Assembly: GCF_009914755.1 (NCBI RefSeq)
Contig: NC_060942.1
Length of the DNA: 64,000 nt
Direction: 5' to 3' (one strand)
Origin: the human T2T-CHM13v2.0 reference genome, Homo sapiens
Shown: one piece after another, positions 1-12,350 of the stretch
Position numbering within the stretch: position 1 is the stretch's first letter
Layout of the letters: the number at the start of each line of letters is the position of its first letter
Notes under the pieces: model-generated
The model's input: only the letters and a program-made list of their open reading frames with translations
Databases searched by the model: none
What the model was told of the DNA's origin: nothing
Translations under genes and position numbers: made by a program

Positions 1-47
1 AGTTCTCCTTGTTCTCTGCTCAATTAACAAGTTCAATTCTCATGTGA

Positions 48-407
<360 letters not shown>

Positions 408-1680
408 AGAAGACTTCTTTCAATCTTATTTAGAACTTTTTAACTTTCCCAGGACCATTGATAGACATTATCAAGATTTACTTTTTAACAGTCTCATTTT
501 AAACAATCAGCCAGGAACTGTTTTGTAAGCTCCTCAGCAGTTGCAAATGACAATGAATATCATCACTAAGAATTTTATTTCACAAATTTTACCTGAAAAA
601 TTAAAATGTTAATTTTCCTTCCTCTAAATTCTGACCTGAGAACAACCATTCACACAATATCTTCCTTCTGATATGGTCATTCTCTTTTCATCTGCCAATA
701 TGAAAACTAGTAGCAATAATGCATAGAAAAAAACCGAAGTTCTGAAATGAATTTTTCAAAATCATTATTCACAAGAATGTATTTCTATTAATTAAAAAAT
801 GAGGTGAAACTCATTAGTAACATTATTGAGGAGAGATAGTCTCAGAGTTCTAGTCCTTGAATATGGGAAGATTTATCTATAAGACACTTGGATAAAATTG
901 TCTTCATCCAGATGCAGCCAGGATGATCATTCTAACAGGCTGACAGTTTAATTTTATAAAATCCGCAGACATCAGAGTTTCAAAGCAAACAAGACGACAA
1001 GTCTTTATCATTTACTTCCCTGAGAATTAAGGTTATATGTATAATATATCTTTATTTATATAACATATATATCTATGTATATGTTATATATAAGTTATAT
1101 GATAGCATTGATATATATGTTATATATCAATGCATACATATAATGTGCGGTTTTTTTCCCAAAAGTAAGCATTGTACTTTTCTAATCTGTCGGAATGAAC
1201 ATATTTGAATCTATTAAACTAGTCTAAGAAAATGCTGCTTACTATAACAGCTCTAAAATCATTCTGACTCCTAAGAAACTCAGAGTAGAGAAAAGCATGT
1301 CCCAACAGATCACAAAAGCTTACTATGGGTTATGCATATGGTTTCAAACATATTTGCACTAAATGGAATATTAGTCTTTCTAGATATACACAATTACACT
1401 TAGCTTTTGCATCTGATTTTAATTGGATTTTAATTTTGCTTCCTCTAAAGTGCTAATTTAAATAGGGCAGGTAAAGTAGATGCTACAATTACTAATGCTT
1501 TCCAATGAAATGAAGGCAAGCTAATTCCAGCAAAGAAAAATCTGCCATATGCTGTTAAATTTCTAGACAAGTAAAACATTACTAAATTAAGTTGATTAGT
1601 AGAGATCACTCTATATTCATGTGAAATGTGACCACAGTATATTTAGGGATGAATCCTTTCCTTTTGAAGAATGTAAACTG

Positions 1681-1986
<306 letters not shown>

Positions 1987-2034
1987 TTAAGTTAATCTCT
2001 ATACATTGCAGAGAGCTGCAGTCTTTATTATAAA

Positions 2035-2215
2035 GATAAACTAAGATTGCTGAAAGAGTAGATTTTAAGTGTTCTCACCACAAAGGAAAAGTATGTGAGA
2101 TAATGTTAAATAGCTTGATTTAGCCCTTCAACGATGTATACTTACACTAAGAACATCATGTTGCACACCAAAAACACATACCATTTTTACTTGTCAATTA
2201 AAATAAATCAATAAA
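2035..2215 (+). mobile_element. L1MA/MB 3' end fragment
   Basis: AGAGTAGATTTTAAGTGTTCTCACCAC...TAGCTTGATTTAG...TTGTCAATTAAAATAAA, typical of the old L1 3' UTR. Confidence 0.75.
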
Positions 2216-4859
2216 TACAAAAAACTAACCAGAGTTTAGGTAAGTATATATAATATTGTGCCTGGCAGACAATAGATATTTGACACATATGTGTTGAATG
2301 AATGAATGAGCAAAAATCCAGTAAGAGATAATGTAGGCTAACCTGCAGTTGAAAATGTGAGTTGCTCAATATTTGCATGGGAGACTCAGCCACTTGTAAT
2401 CAGATCGTTTGGCTACTTTCCATTCCTCTAGGATCACAATGGCTACTGTATAAAGACCCAAAAGGAATGAAGACAATGAATTCTTCCTAGTTCTTCCCAG
2501 CATTTGTTGTGTTACCTAAGAAATCATTTATTGTGTCAAGCCATAGAAATACAACATCACTGTGCAATAGTAAAAAGAACCCCAAAATGCCAGTTGAAAA
2601 TACCTGCAGGATATGCATTCATGCACAAATCTCCTCTAGAAGATACGTGCCGAATGGTCAGCACCTTAAACCTTTGCAGTTAAAGCTAAGGGTTTCCCAA
2701 ACCAGATAGTTCCTTGATGGAGACTTGGGGAGCACCACTCACCCACCACCACCTGCCCCTCTAGACTGGCAGGCATGTGTCTCAGTACCCAGCAGAAGAC
2801 TAACTCTGGGCAGGGTTCAAGCCCCAGGATGAGATCCTCAGAGAGATGATGAGATCATCTTCCTGTAGGTAGAGTCAAGAAAAACCCAGCAGGGAACTCT
2901 GGCCCCTTTACCTGCCCCTCAGAATAAACAATACACTTTAAATGCCAGTGCTCCATTTTAAGCGCTGGATCGTACATGGTCAGATTTTCACCTTAGATCA
3001 TTCTGGCAGAAATGGAGAAAACAGATTGAAAGAGCCAGATTATGGACCACTTATGAGGGTCAGTACTTGTTGAGAAAAGCTTTTTTGTACCTGAATGTAT
3101 ACTAGACTCAAATTAAGTCCAGGTGTAGATCTACCACCTTCTTGATATTTAACCACAAAATAAAAGTTAGATAATTTTTCTGAGTTTCTATTTTCTCATG
3201 TAAAACCTTTCCTCCTTTCATTTCTTCACATGTAAAATCTAGAGTCATACCCATTTCACAGAGCATTTGCAAATATTAAATGGGAGAAAGAACACACACA
3301 CACACACATGCACACATACAAAATACACACACCGTCTATCCTGCCAGGCAGGATGGGGATACTGCAATAAGCAAGAAAACCATTATAAGCCCTCTTGAGC
3401 TGATAATTCAAAAAGTATGCGAATATGTTTTAAAAACTACGATGTGTCCGACAAAAGACAGTGCTGTTAAGTCATCAGCATTGTTACAACACTTACAATG
3501 TTGAATGTGGCATTTCAGCAATTTTAAAATCCAACTTTTGCCATTATCTGAAGATACTTGAGAAAGGAAACAAGTCATTCCTATCACATAAACAACTAGA
3601 CCCCTCTGTTTAGCTGACAAAACACGTGTTTAGTGCTAAGAGTCCAGCACACTTCATTACGTTGTTGGATTGTTTCCTCAATACATCTGCGGAAACCAAG
3701 ACACACTCCATTCCAAATAAAGATTACCCTGCAGAGAAGAGCATCCTGGTTTTATGAAGTCCTGTTGTAACCATAATGAAAGAGGAAAAGAAACTTCAAA
3801 GCCAGGATTGCGTAGGTCTATGCCAGGAAAAGAGAGTCTAGTTCAGGGCAGGACAACATTCCAGCCCCCACTGACAGCAACTCCGGATCCTCTCTCTGAG
3901 CAGTGCCAATTTTTCCAAAGTGTTTAGAGGTCCCTGCCAGCATTGGCTTTCATCAATTTGATTGTATGAAGTGGCTGAGTGAGTCTGAGATAAGATAGGG
4001 CAAGAGAAATACACAGTCATTCACACCTGCTAACTTGAGGGCTGCCAGGGCAGCTCTAGTGCCCAACGGTAGAGGAAGAATGGTGCCTACCATAAGATGG
4101 ACAGACAAGTAGCACGTGACTGTGGTTTTATCCAGAGTGTTGTCAAAGCATGCATAATGACTCCATTTATTTTCCAAAATACGTTAACTTTCAGTCTGTA
4201 CTTACCCTTAGACCTGCATTACAAGTAGAACAGCGGGCAGTTCTGTCCATGCCCACCAGAGGCCTGCAGCACAGGTAGCTGAGCCATATGCTCCCCCGCA
4301 TAGAGACTGGTTGCTTTGGTTTAAAGTCTCCACCTCACTTTTTTAAAGTCAATATTCCCAGTAGGTTCAACATGAAGTTTTTACTATCACAGTTTTGTTT
4401 ATTATTTTCCAGAAATCGGTTTTGGTGGTGAGGAATGATCTGTTATTTGCCCAGCATCACTCCCCTCTCTCCTTTCTGTTCAAATGCAAGGACTCACCTC
4501 ATTGCACTGCGCCAGCCTGAGCGCCCATGGCCACAGTGATGACTGTTCCATCTTACTGTCCCCTAGGCCTGGTAAAGGGCACTCCTCACACAGTCCTCTT
4601 CCCACCTTTAGTGCCAGTTTCTTGGTCATCTCCCGCCATCATTCAAAATACTCCAAGGCCCACGTGATCTGATGAATACCATCAGCAATTTTTTTACTCT
4701 GAGAACTACAGAGAAGCTGAACTATCTATGGTTTAAAGAGGATCTCAAGAGCAGGAGCCATGCCTTACATATTTTTTTTTTTTTGTATTCCCAGAATCGA
4801 GCCATCCTGATAGGCCAGTAAATGTTTATTGAATGAATCAATGAAAGATCAACATCACA

Positions 4860-5010
4860 ATAATAATTTACATTTATTAGATGCTTACTATATGCCAGGT
4901 ACTGTTACACAGTACCTTAAGTACATTACTATTTTTTTTTAAAGCCCCAGTGACCCTATGAGGTAGTTACTTTTATTGCCTGCATTTTACAGATGAGGAA
5001 ACAGAGACTG
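4860..5010 (-). mobile_element. MIR
   Basis: CCCTATGAGGTAG...CATTTTACAGATGAGGAAACAGAG core. Confidence 0.75.
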
Positions 5011-5079
5011 AAATGAATGGAGGAATGAATGAACACACTGGTGTCATTTCCATTGCTGTTGTGTGAACATTTAAGGCAA

Positions 5080-5447
5080 TGCACTGAACTGTTGTGTGCT
5101 TACTACAGGCCAGGCCCTACCCAAGACACTGTGGGTACAGCAGGGAATAAGACAGAGAGTGGGAGCTTGTTTTCCTGGAACAAACGGTTTAGTTGGAGGA
5201 GAGAGAAGGAGGCAGGAGGCAGATATTACTAACCAAACTCACTAACATGAAAGAATTGAGACAGAGTAAGTCCTGTGGAGATAATGACAGAAGTGTGTTG
5301 TGACGGTGAGTGACCAGGATCAGGTGTTTGAGGGGTGCGGAAAGAGGTCCCTGAGGAGGTGACATTTAGGCTGAGATATAGGAGGAAACGCTCATCAGAG
5401 CACACAGCCACTGCAAAGAACTTAAAGCAAAAATAGTTGCATCTGAA
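5080..5447 (-). mobile_element. L2 fragment (left half, interrupted by HERV-L)
   Basis: L2-like sequence (TACTACAGGCCAGGC...GAGGAGGTGACATTTAGGCTGAG). Confidence 0.65.
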
Positions 5448-5940
5448 TGTGATGGTTAATACTGAGTGTGAACTTGATTGGATTGAAGGATACGATGTAT
5501 TGATCCTGGGTGTGTCTGGGAGGGTGTTGCCAAAAGAGATTACCATTTGAGACAGTGGGCTGGGGAAGGCAGACCCACCCTTAATCTGGTGGGCACAATC
5601 TAATCAGCGAATATAAAGAAGGTAGGAAAACGTGACAAGGAGGGACAGGCCTAGTCTCCTAGTCTACATCTTTCTCCTGTGCTGAATGCTTCCTGCCCTC
5701 GAACATCAGGCTCCAAGTTCTTCAGTTTCGAGACTCAGACTGGCTCTCCTTGCTCCTCAGCTTGCAGAAAGCCTATTGTGGGACCTTGTGATCATGTAAG
5801 TTAATACTTAATAAACTCCCCTTTATATATATATACATATATATGTCATGTATATATATACACACATATATATGTATGTGTATATATATGACATATATAG
5901 GTATATATGATATATATGCATATACGTGTGTGTGTGTGTG

Positions 5941-5975
<35 letters not shown>

Positions 5976-6012
5976 CCTATTAGTTCTCTTCCTCTAAGAG
6001 AACCCTAATACA
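5448..6012 (+). mobile_element. 5' LTR, MLT2A (MLT2A1-like)
   Basis: Starts TGTGATGGTTAATACTGAGTG and ends CTAATACA. TATAAA ~5612, GTAAGT donor 5796-5801, AATAAA ~5810, internal (TA)n/(TG)n expansion. Confidence 0.93.
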
Positions 6013-6017
6013 GATTT

Positions 6018-6035
6018 TGGTATCAGGAGTGGTTC
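6018..6035 (+). other. Primer binding site complementary to tRNA-Leu
   Basis: TGGTATCAGGAGTGG just after the LTR matches the reverse complement of the tRNA-Leu(CAG) 3' end (TGGTGTCAGGAGTGG) at 14/15 positions. Confidence 0.85.
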
Positions 6036-6056
6036 TAGAGGAACAGAATATTAAGG

Positions 6057-7752
6057 ATGGAGTTCTTTCGTTGGTTTTGGGGTTTCTGGAGTTGGCTGCT
6101 TAGTATGATTAGACCTGAAAATGCTAAGGACTCTACTGCTAACAGTATGCAGAACACTGGTAGTCCTGGGCATGAACTGTTTAGAGAGTTACACAAAATA
6201 AATGCATTTGACACTCCTGATTCACCACTCATGACAGGCAAGGAGTTTAGTGACTCTATACCTAATACCTTTAACCATATGTGGAGAACCAAGGAACGTA
6301 ATAAAGCTGGTTGGTTGCTCCTAAGTTCAGTGGACAAAGTGATGAAAGAAAATGATGAACTCAGGGATTCTGTCTCCAGGCTTCAGAAGCACATACTGAG
6401 CCTCAAATCTGCTAAGATTGCCTTGAGTGAGAGTCTTATCTCCTTAGAGAAAGAGCTGAAATTGTGGAAAAACAGACACAAGCTCTTATCATGAGAGTGG
6501 CTGACCTGCAACGAAAGATACATGCACAGCCCCGCCAGGTGTCTACTGTTAAAGTGAGGGCATTGATTGAAAAAGAATGGGACCCTGCAACTTGGAATGG
6601 GGATGTGTGGGAGGACCCTGATGAAGCTGAGGACACTGAGTTTGTAAACTCTGATGAACCTTTTTTGCCAGAAGGAACAGCTTCCCCATCCCCAGTAGCG
6701 GCAACATCCCTTCCCAAACCACGCTGCCATCAGCCTTTCCACCTTTGTCTGAGGACATAAACCCTGCGCTGCCTGAGGCAACAGTGATGGCCTCCCCTGA
6801 AGCAGTTTCTAGGCAAGATAATGTTGATTCTCCTCAGAAGCCTCCCCCAACACCTCTGTTTGCTTCTAGACCTATAAATAGACTAAAGTCCTGGCAGGTC
6901 CCTAAAGATGAGGTTGAAAGTGTGACCCATGAGGAGGTGCACTACACTCAAAAAGAACTGTTTGAGTTCTCTAATTTATATAAACAACAATCTGGAGAAC
7001 AGGCCTGGGAATGGATATTAAGGGTATGGGATAATAGTGGAAGGAACAAAGAGTTGGATCAGCCTGAATTTATTGATTTGGGTCCACTAAGTAAGGACTC
7101 AGTGTTTAATGTTGCAGATCAGGGAGTTAAAAAAGGTTCTAATAGTTTATTTGCTTGGTTGGTTAAAATGTGGATTAAAAGATGGCCCACTATGAGCGAG
7201 CTGGAAATGCCTGATCTCCCTCAGTTTAATGTAGAGGAAGGGATCCAAAGGCTTAGGGAGATTGGGATGGTGGAGTGGATTAGTCACTTTAGACCTACGC
7301 ATCCCAGCTGAGAGGGTCCAGAAGATATACCCTTGACCAATGCCTTGTGAAACAGATTTGTGAGGGCAGCACCTGCATCTTTGGAACCACAGTCACTCAA
7401 CTACAAAACTTAAATACAATGAGAATAATTGGATCCCGAGGTGGCAGGGACCAAGTGGCAGCACTCAACTGTCAAAGGCAAGGTAGGCGTAGCTACCATA
7501 ATGGACAGCAGAGGCAAAGCGGCAATCAGAATAGTCTCATTCGTGTAGAGCTCTGGCATTGGCTAATTAATCATGGTGTTCCTAGAAGTGAAATTGATAG
7601 GAAGCCTACTGCATTCTTACTTAAATTATACAAACAGAAAACTTCTAGGTCGAATGGACAAAAGACTAATTTGAATTATAAAAACAGAATCACAGCCCCT
7701 CAATCAATTTCCAGACTTGAGCCAGTTTATGCACCCAGAACCCCTTGAATGA
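6057..7752 (+). pseudogene. HERV-L gag, frameshifted
   Basis: Fragments 6057-6494, 6464-6760, 6745-7311 and 7347-7748 carry ERV-L Gag motifs (WDPATWNGDVW, GEQAWEWILRVWD, GIQRLREIGMVEWI, LWHWLINHGV). Natural PLE-TGA stop at 7750-7752. Confidence 0.88.
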
Positions 7753-8258
7753 AGGGGAGGCTGAGTCCCCTTGAGGAAGAACCCCACTACATTACGGACA
7801 ATATATGCAGTGAATCTTTCTCCCATTCTTCCCCAAGGAGACCTCCAGACTTTTACCAGGGTAACTGTGCATTGAGGAAAGGGAAATGATCAGACATTTC
7901 AGGGACTACTGGCTCTGGCTCTGAGCTGACGTTGGATCCAGGGGACCCAAAATGTCATCGTGGTACTTCAGTTAAAGTAGGGGCTTATGGAGGTCAGGTA
8001 ATTAATGGAGTTTTAGCTCAGGGCTGACTTACAGTGGATCCAGTGGGTCCCCAGCCTCATCCTGTGGTCATTTCCCCAATGCCAGAATGCATAATTGACA
8101 TAGACATACTCAGCAGCTGGCAGAACCCCCACATTGGCTCCCTGACTAGTAGGGTGAGGGCTACTATGGTGGGAAAGGTCAAATAGAAGCCATTACAGCT
8201 GCCACTACCTAGAAAAATAGTAAGTCAAAAACAATATCAAATCCCTGGAGGGACTGCA
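7753..8258 (+). pseudogene. HERV-L protease, active site disrupted
   Basis: VKVGAYGGQVINGVLAQ-type sequence at ~7970-8020. The expected LLDTGSELT region (~7900-7930) reads CTACTGGCTCTGGCTCTGAG and lacks the Asp codon. In-frame stops present. Confidence 0.75.
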
Positions 8259-10010
8259 GTGATTAGTGCCACCATCAAGGACTTGGAAGATGCAGAGGTG
8301 GTGATTCCCACCACATTCCAGTTCAACTCTCCCATTCGGCCTGTGCAGAAGACACATGGATCTTGGAGAATGACAGTGGATTATTGCAAGCTTAACCAAG
8401 TGGTAACTCCAACTGCAGCTGCTGTACCAGATGTGGTTTCATTGCTTGAGCAAATTAACACATCTCCTGGTAACTGGTATGCAGCCATTGACTTGGCAAA
8501 TGCCTTTGTCTCCATTCCTGTCCATATGGCCCACCAGAAGCAATTTGCTTTCAGCTGGCAAGGCCAGCAATATACCTTTACTGTCCTACCTCAGAGGTAT
8601 ATCAAGTCTCCGGCTTTGTGTCATAATCTTATTCGGAGAGACCTTGATAGCTTTTCACTTCCACAAGATATCAAACTGGTCCATTACATTGATGACATTA
8701 TGCTAACTGGATCCAGTAAGCAAGAAGTAGCAAACACACTGGACTTATTGGAGAGACATTTGTGTGGCAGCAGAGGGAAGTAAATCCTACTAAACTTCAG
8801 GTAAAACTAAATTTTACCTCAGTACAATTTCTAGGGGTCCAGTGGTGTGGGGCCTGTCTAGATATTCCTTCTAAGGTAAAGGATAAGTTGCTGCATTTGG
8901 CTCCTACTACAACCAAGAAAGAGGCACACGGCCTGTTTGGATTTTGGAGGCAACACATTCCTCATTTGAGTGTGTTACTTCAGCCCATTTATCAAGTGAC
9001 CCAAAAGGCTGCCATTCTGAGTGGGGTACAGAACAGGGGAAGGCTCTGCAACAGGTCCAGGCTGCTGTACAAGCTGCTCTGCCACATGGACCATATGACC
9101 CAGCAGATCCAATGGTGTTTGAGGTGTCAGTGGCAGATAGGGATGCTGTTTGGAGCCTTTGGCAGGCTCTATAGGTGAATCACAGCAAAGGCCTCTAGGA
9201 TTTTGGAGCAAGGCCCTGCCACCTTCTGCAGATAACTACTCTCCTTTTGAGAGACAGCTCTTGGCTGACACTGGACTTTGGTGGAAACTGAATGTTTGAC
9301 TATCGGTCATCAAGTCACCATGCGACCTTAACTGCCTATCATGAACTGGGTGCTTTCTGACCCATCTAGCCATAAAGCGTGTCATGCACAGCAGCATTCC
9401 ATCATCAAATGGAAGTGATATATACATGATCGGGCTCGAGCAGGTCCTGAGGGCACAAGTAAGTTACATGAGGAAGTGGCTCGAATGCCTATCATCTCCA
9501 CCCCTGCTACCCTGTCTTCTCTCCCACAGCCTGCACCGATGGCCTCATGGGGAGTTCCCTATGATCAGGTGACAGAGGCAGAGAAGACTAGGGCCTGGTT
9601 CACAGATAGTTCTGCACGATATGTAGGCACCATGTGAACATGGACAGCTGCAGCACTACAGCCCCTTTCTAGGAAATCCTTGAAGGACAGCGGTGAAGGG
9701 AAATCTTCCCAGTGGGCAGAACTTCGAGCCATGCACCTGGCTGTGCACGTTGCATGGAAGAAGAAATGGCCAGATATGTGATTATATACTGATTAATGGG
9801 ATGTAGCCAATGTTTTGGCTGGATGGTCAGGGACTTGGAAAAAGCACGATGGGAAAATTGGTGACAAAGAAACTTGGGGAAGAGGTTTGTGGATGGACCT
9901 GAGTGGTCAAAAACTGTGAAGATATTTGTATCCCATGTGAGTGCTCACCAATGGGTGACCTCAGTGGAGGAGGAGTTTAATAATGAAGCGGATAGGATGA
10001 CCTGTTGTGT
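8259..10010 (+). pseudogene. HERV-L pol: reverse transcriptase, tether and RNase H
   Basis: ORF 8259-8783 contains WRMTVDYCKLN, IDLANAF, VLPQRY, HYIDD. Further downstream: FLGVQW, FGFWRQHIPH, WFTDSSA (~9595), VSHVSAH. Multiple frameshifts and stops. Confidence 0.92.
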
Positions 10011-10039
10011 GGACACCACTCAGCCTCTTTCCCCAGCCA

Positions 10040-10700
10040 CCCAATGGGCCCATGAACAAAGGGGCCATGGTGGCAGGGTTGGAGGTTATACATGGGCTCA
10101 GTAACAAGGACTTCCATTGACCAAGGCTGACCTGGCTGCAGCCGCTGCTGAGTGCCCAATTTGCCAACAGCAGAGACCAATACTGAGCCCTCGATATGTC
10201 ACCTTTCCTCAGGGTGATCAGCCAGCTACCTGGTGGCTGGTTGATTATATTGGACCTCTTCCAACATGGAAAGAGGAGAGATTTGTTCTCACTGGAATAG
10301 ACACTTACTCTGTATATAGGTTTGCCTGTCCTGCATGCAATGCTTCTGCCAAGACTACCATCCATGGACTCACAGAATGCCTTATCCACCAACATGGTAT
10401 TCCACACCGCATTGCCTCTGACCAAGGCACTCACTTTATGGTGAAAGAAGTGTGGCAGCAGGCTCATGCTCATGGAATCCAATGTGCTCTTACTATATTC
10501 CCCATCATTCTGAAGCAGGTGGATTGATAGAACGGTGGAATGGCCTTTTGAAGTCACAATTACAATGCCAGCTAGGTAACAGTACTTTGCAGGGCTGGGG
10601 CAAAGTTCTCCAGAAGGCCGTGTATGCTCTGAATCAACATCCAATATATGGTACTGTTTCTCTCATAGCCAGGATTCATATGTCCGGGAATCAGAAGGTA
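10040..10700 (+). pseudogene. HERV-L integrase
   Basis: HHCC (WAHEQRGHG...CPICQQ) and DDE motifs (VDYIGP, SDQGTHF, IERWNGLLK), split by a stop and a frameshift. Confidence 0.9.
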
Positions 10701-11250
10701 GAAGTAGAAGTGGCACCACTCACAATCATCCCTAGTGATCCACTAGCAAAATTTTTGCTTCCTGTTCCCGTGACATTACGTTCTGCTGGCCTAGAGGTCT
10801 TAGTTCCAGAAGAAGGAGCACTGCCACCAGTAGACACAATGATTCCATTAAACTGGGAGTTAAGATTGCCACCTGGACACTTTGGGCTCCTCCTACCTTT
10901 AAGTCAACAGGCTAAGAAGGGAGTTACAGTGTTGGCTGCGGTGACTGACCCAGAATCACTGGGTCATCTCCAGCATGCATGGAATACAGGAGATCCATTA
11001 GGGCGTCTCTTAGTATTACCATGCTCTGTGATTAAGGTCAATGGGAAACTACAACAGCCCAAACCAGGCAGCACTACAAATGACCCAAACCCTTCAGGAA
11101 TGAAGGTTTGGGTCACTCCACCAGGAAAAAAACCATGATCTCCTGAGATGCTTGCTGAAGGCAAAGGGGATACAGAATGGGTAGTAGAAGAAGGTAGTCA
11201 TCAATACCATCCATGACCATGTGACCAGCTGCAGAAATAAGGACTGTAAC
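10701..11250 (+). pseudogene. HERV-L dUTPase and C-terminal pol region
   Basis: RSAGLEV, LRLPPGHFGLLLPLS and GVTVLAAVTDP lie downstream of IN, the arrangement diagnostic of ERV-L. Confidence 0.82.
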
Positions 11251-11549
11251 TGTTATGCGTTATTTCCTCCTTTTTTTGCTAAAAACATGTTTGTGCATGT
11301 ATACACTTGTACTCAGAAAATCATTTTATTTCCTTTCTCCTTTATCATGTGACATAAGATTTACTGACTTCATATCAGCATTTAAGTATTGTTAACTTTA
11401 TGTAATAGTATTTGGGTTGGGGATTGGCACGTTTCCGGTTGTACAAGGGATAGTTGTGTTATGGTAGGCGTTAAATTATGACCTTATTATTGTCTTTACT
11501 TGAAGATCTCAGGAAATGTGTATGGGTTCAAGTTGACAAGGGGTAGACT

Positions 11550-12088
11550 TGTGATGGTTAATATAGAGTGTCAACTTGATTGGATTGAAGGATACAAAGA
11601 ATTGATCCTGGGTGTGTCTGTGTGGGTGCTGCCAAAAGAGATTAACAATTAACATTTGAGTCAGTGGGCTAGGGAAGGCAGATCCACCCTTAATCTGGTG
11701 GGCACAATCTAATCAGCTGCCAGTGAATATAAAGCAGGCAGAAAAACGTGAAAAGGAGAGATGGGCCTAACTTCCCAGTCTATATCTTTGTCCTGTGCTG
11801 GATCCTTCCTGCCCTCAAATATCAGACTCCAAGTTCTTCAGTTTTGGGAGTTGGACTGGCTCTCCCTGCTCCTCAGCTTGCGGACAGTCTATTGTGGGAA
11901 CTTGTGATCGCGTAAGTTAATACTTAATAAACTCCTCTCTCTATATATATGTGTGTATATATATATATATACTTAATAAACTCCTATATATATATACACT
12001 TAATAAACTCCTCTCTCTCTATATATATATACATATACACACACATATCATATTAGTCTGTCCCTCTAAGAGAACCTTGACTAATACA
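11550..12088 (+). mobile_element. 3' LTR, MLT2A (MLT2A1-like), preceded by polypurine tract
   Basis: Direct repeat of 5448-6012; AAGGGGTAGACT PPT at 11538-11549; ends GACTAATACA. Confidence 0.93.
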
Positions 12089-12350
12089 CTGAGTAACAAA
12101 AATAATTCCAGTGTGGTTAGAGGGTGCAAGAGCCAGGGGCTTTATAGGGCAAGTTAAGGATTTAGGGTTTGCTTTTTAAGTGCAACGAGAAAGTGCTGGA
12201 GGGTTTAAGGCAGAGGAATGATATCTGACTTCAGTGTTGAAAAGACCCATGTGATCAGCACATAGAGAAGGGACATTACAGAGAAATATGAAACAGGAGG
12301 ACCCTCAGGAGGCCACTGGCCGTCCAGTCATGAGGCGGTGGCGAGGATGC
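12089..12350 (-). mobile_element. L2 fragment (right half, continuing after HERV-L)
   Basis: L2-like TTAAGGATTTAGGGTTT...GGAGGGTTTAAGGCAGAGGAATGATATCTGACTT. Confidence 0.6.

Larger units (their letters stand above)
5448..12088 (+). mobile_element. HERV-L provirus, near full length, env-less, coding-defective
   Basis: Paired LTRs (TGTGATGG...TAATACA), PBS, gag/pro/pol/dUTPase remnants, PPT, flanking 5-bp TSD CTGAA/CTGAG (1 mismatch). Confidence 0.96.

Noticed and set aside
4200-4210. Strong minus-strand donor AGG|GTAAGT at 4205 as a hidden PIEZO2 exon
   Set aside because: No convincing polypyrimidine acceptor found within exon distance upstream; isolated consensus donors are common in large introns.
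6057-7752. Possible domesticated ERV-L gag (Fv1-like restriction factor)
   Set aside because: Gag is broken into at least four pieces by frameshifts, a premature stop at 7309-7311 and an apparent deletion near 7380; it decays like the rest of the provirus.
8259-8783. RT ORF with an intact YIDD motif as an active reverse transcriptase
   Set aside because: Only 174 codons, non-ATG start, frameshift shortly after YIDD, and protease, RNase H and IN are disrupted.
9961-10644. 227-aa minus-strand ORF (sense to PIEZO2)
   Set aside because: Antisense shadow of the integrase coding region; no independent coding features.
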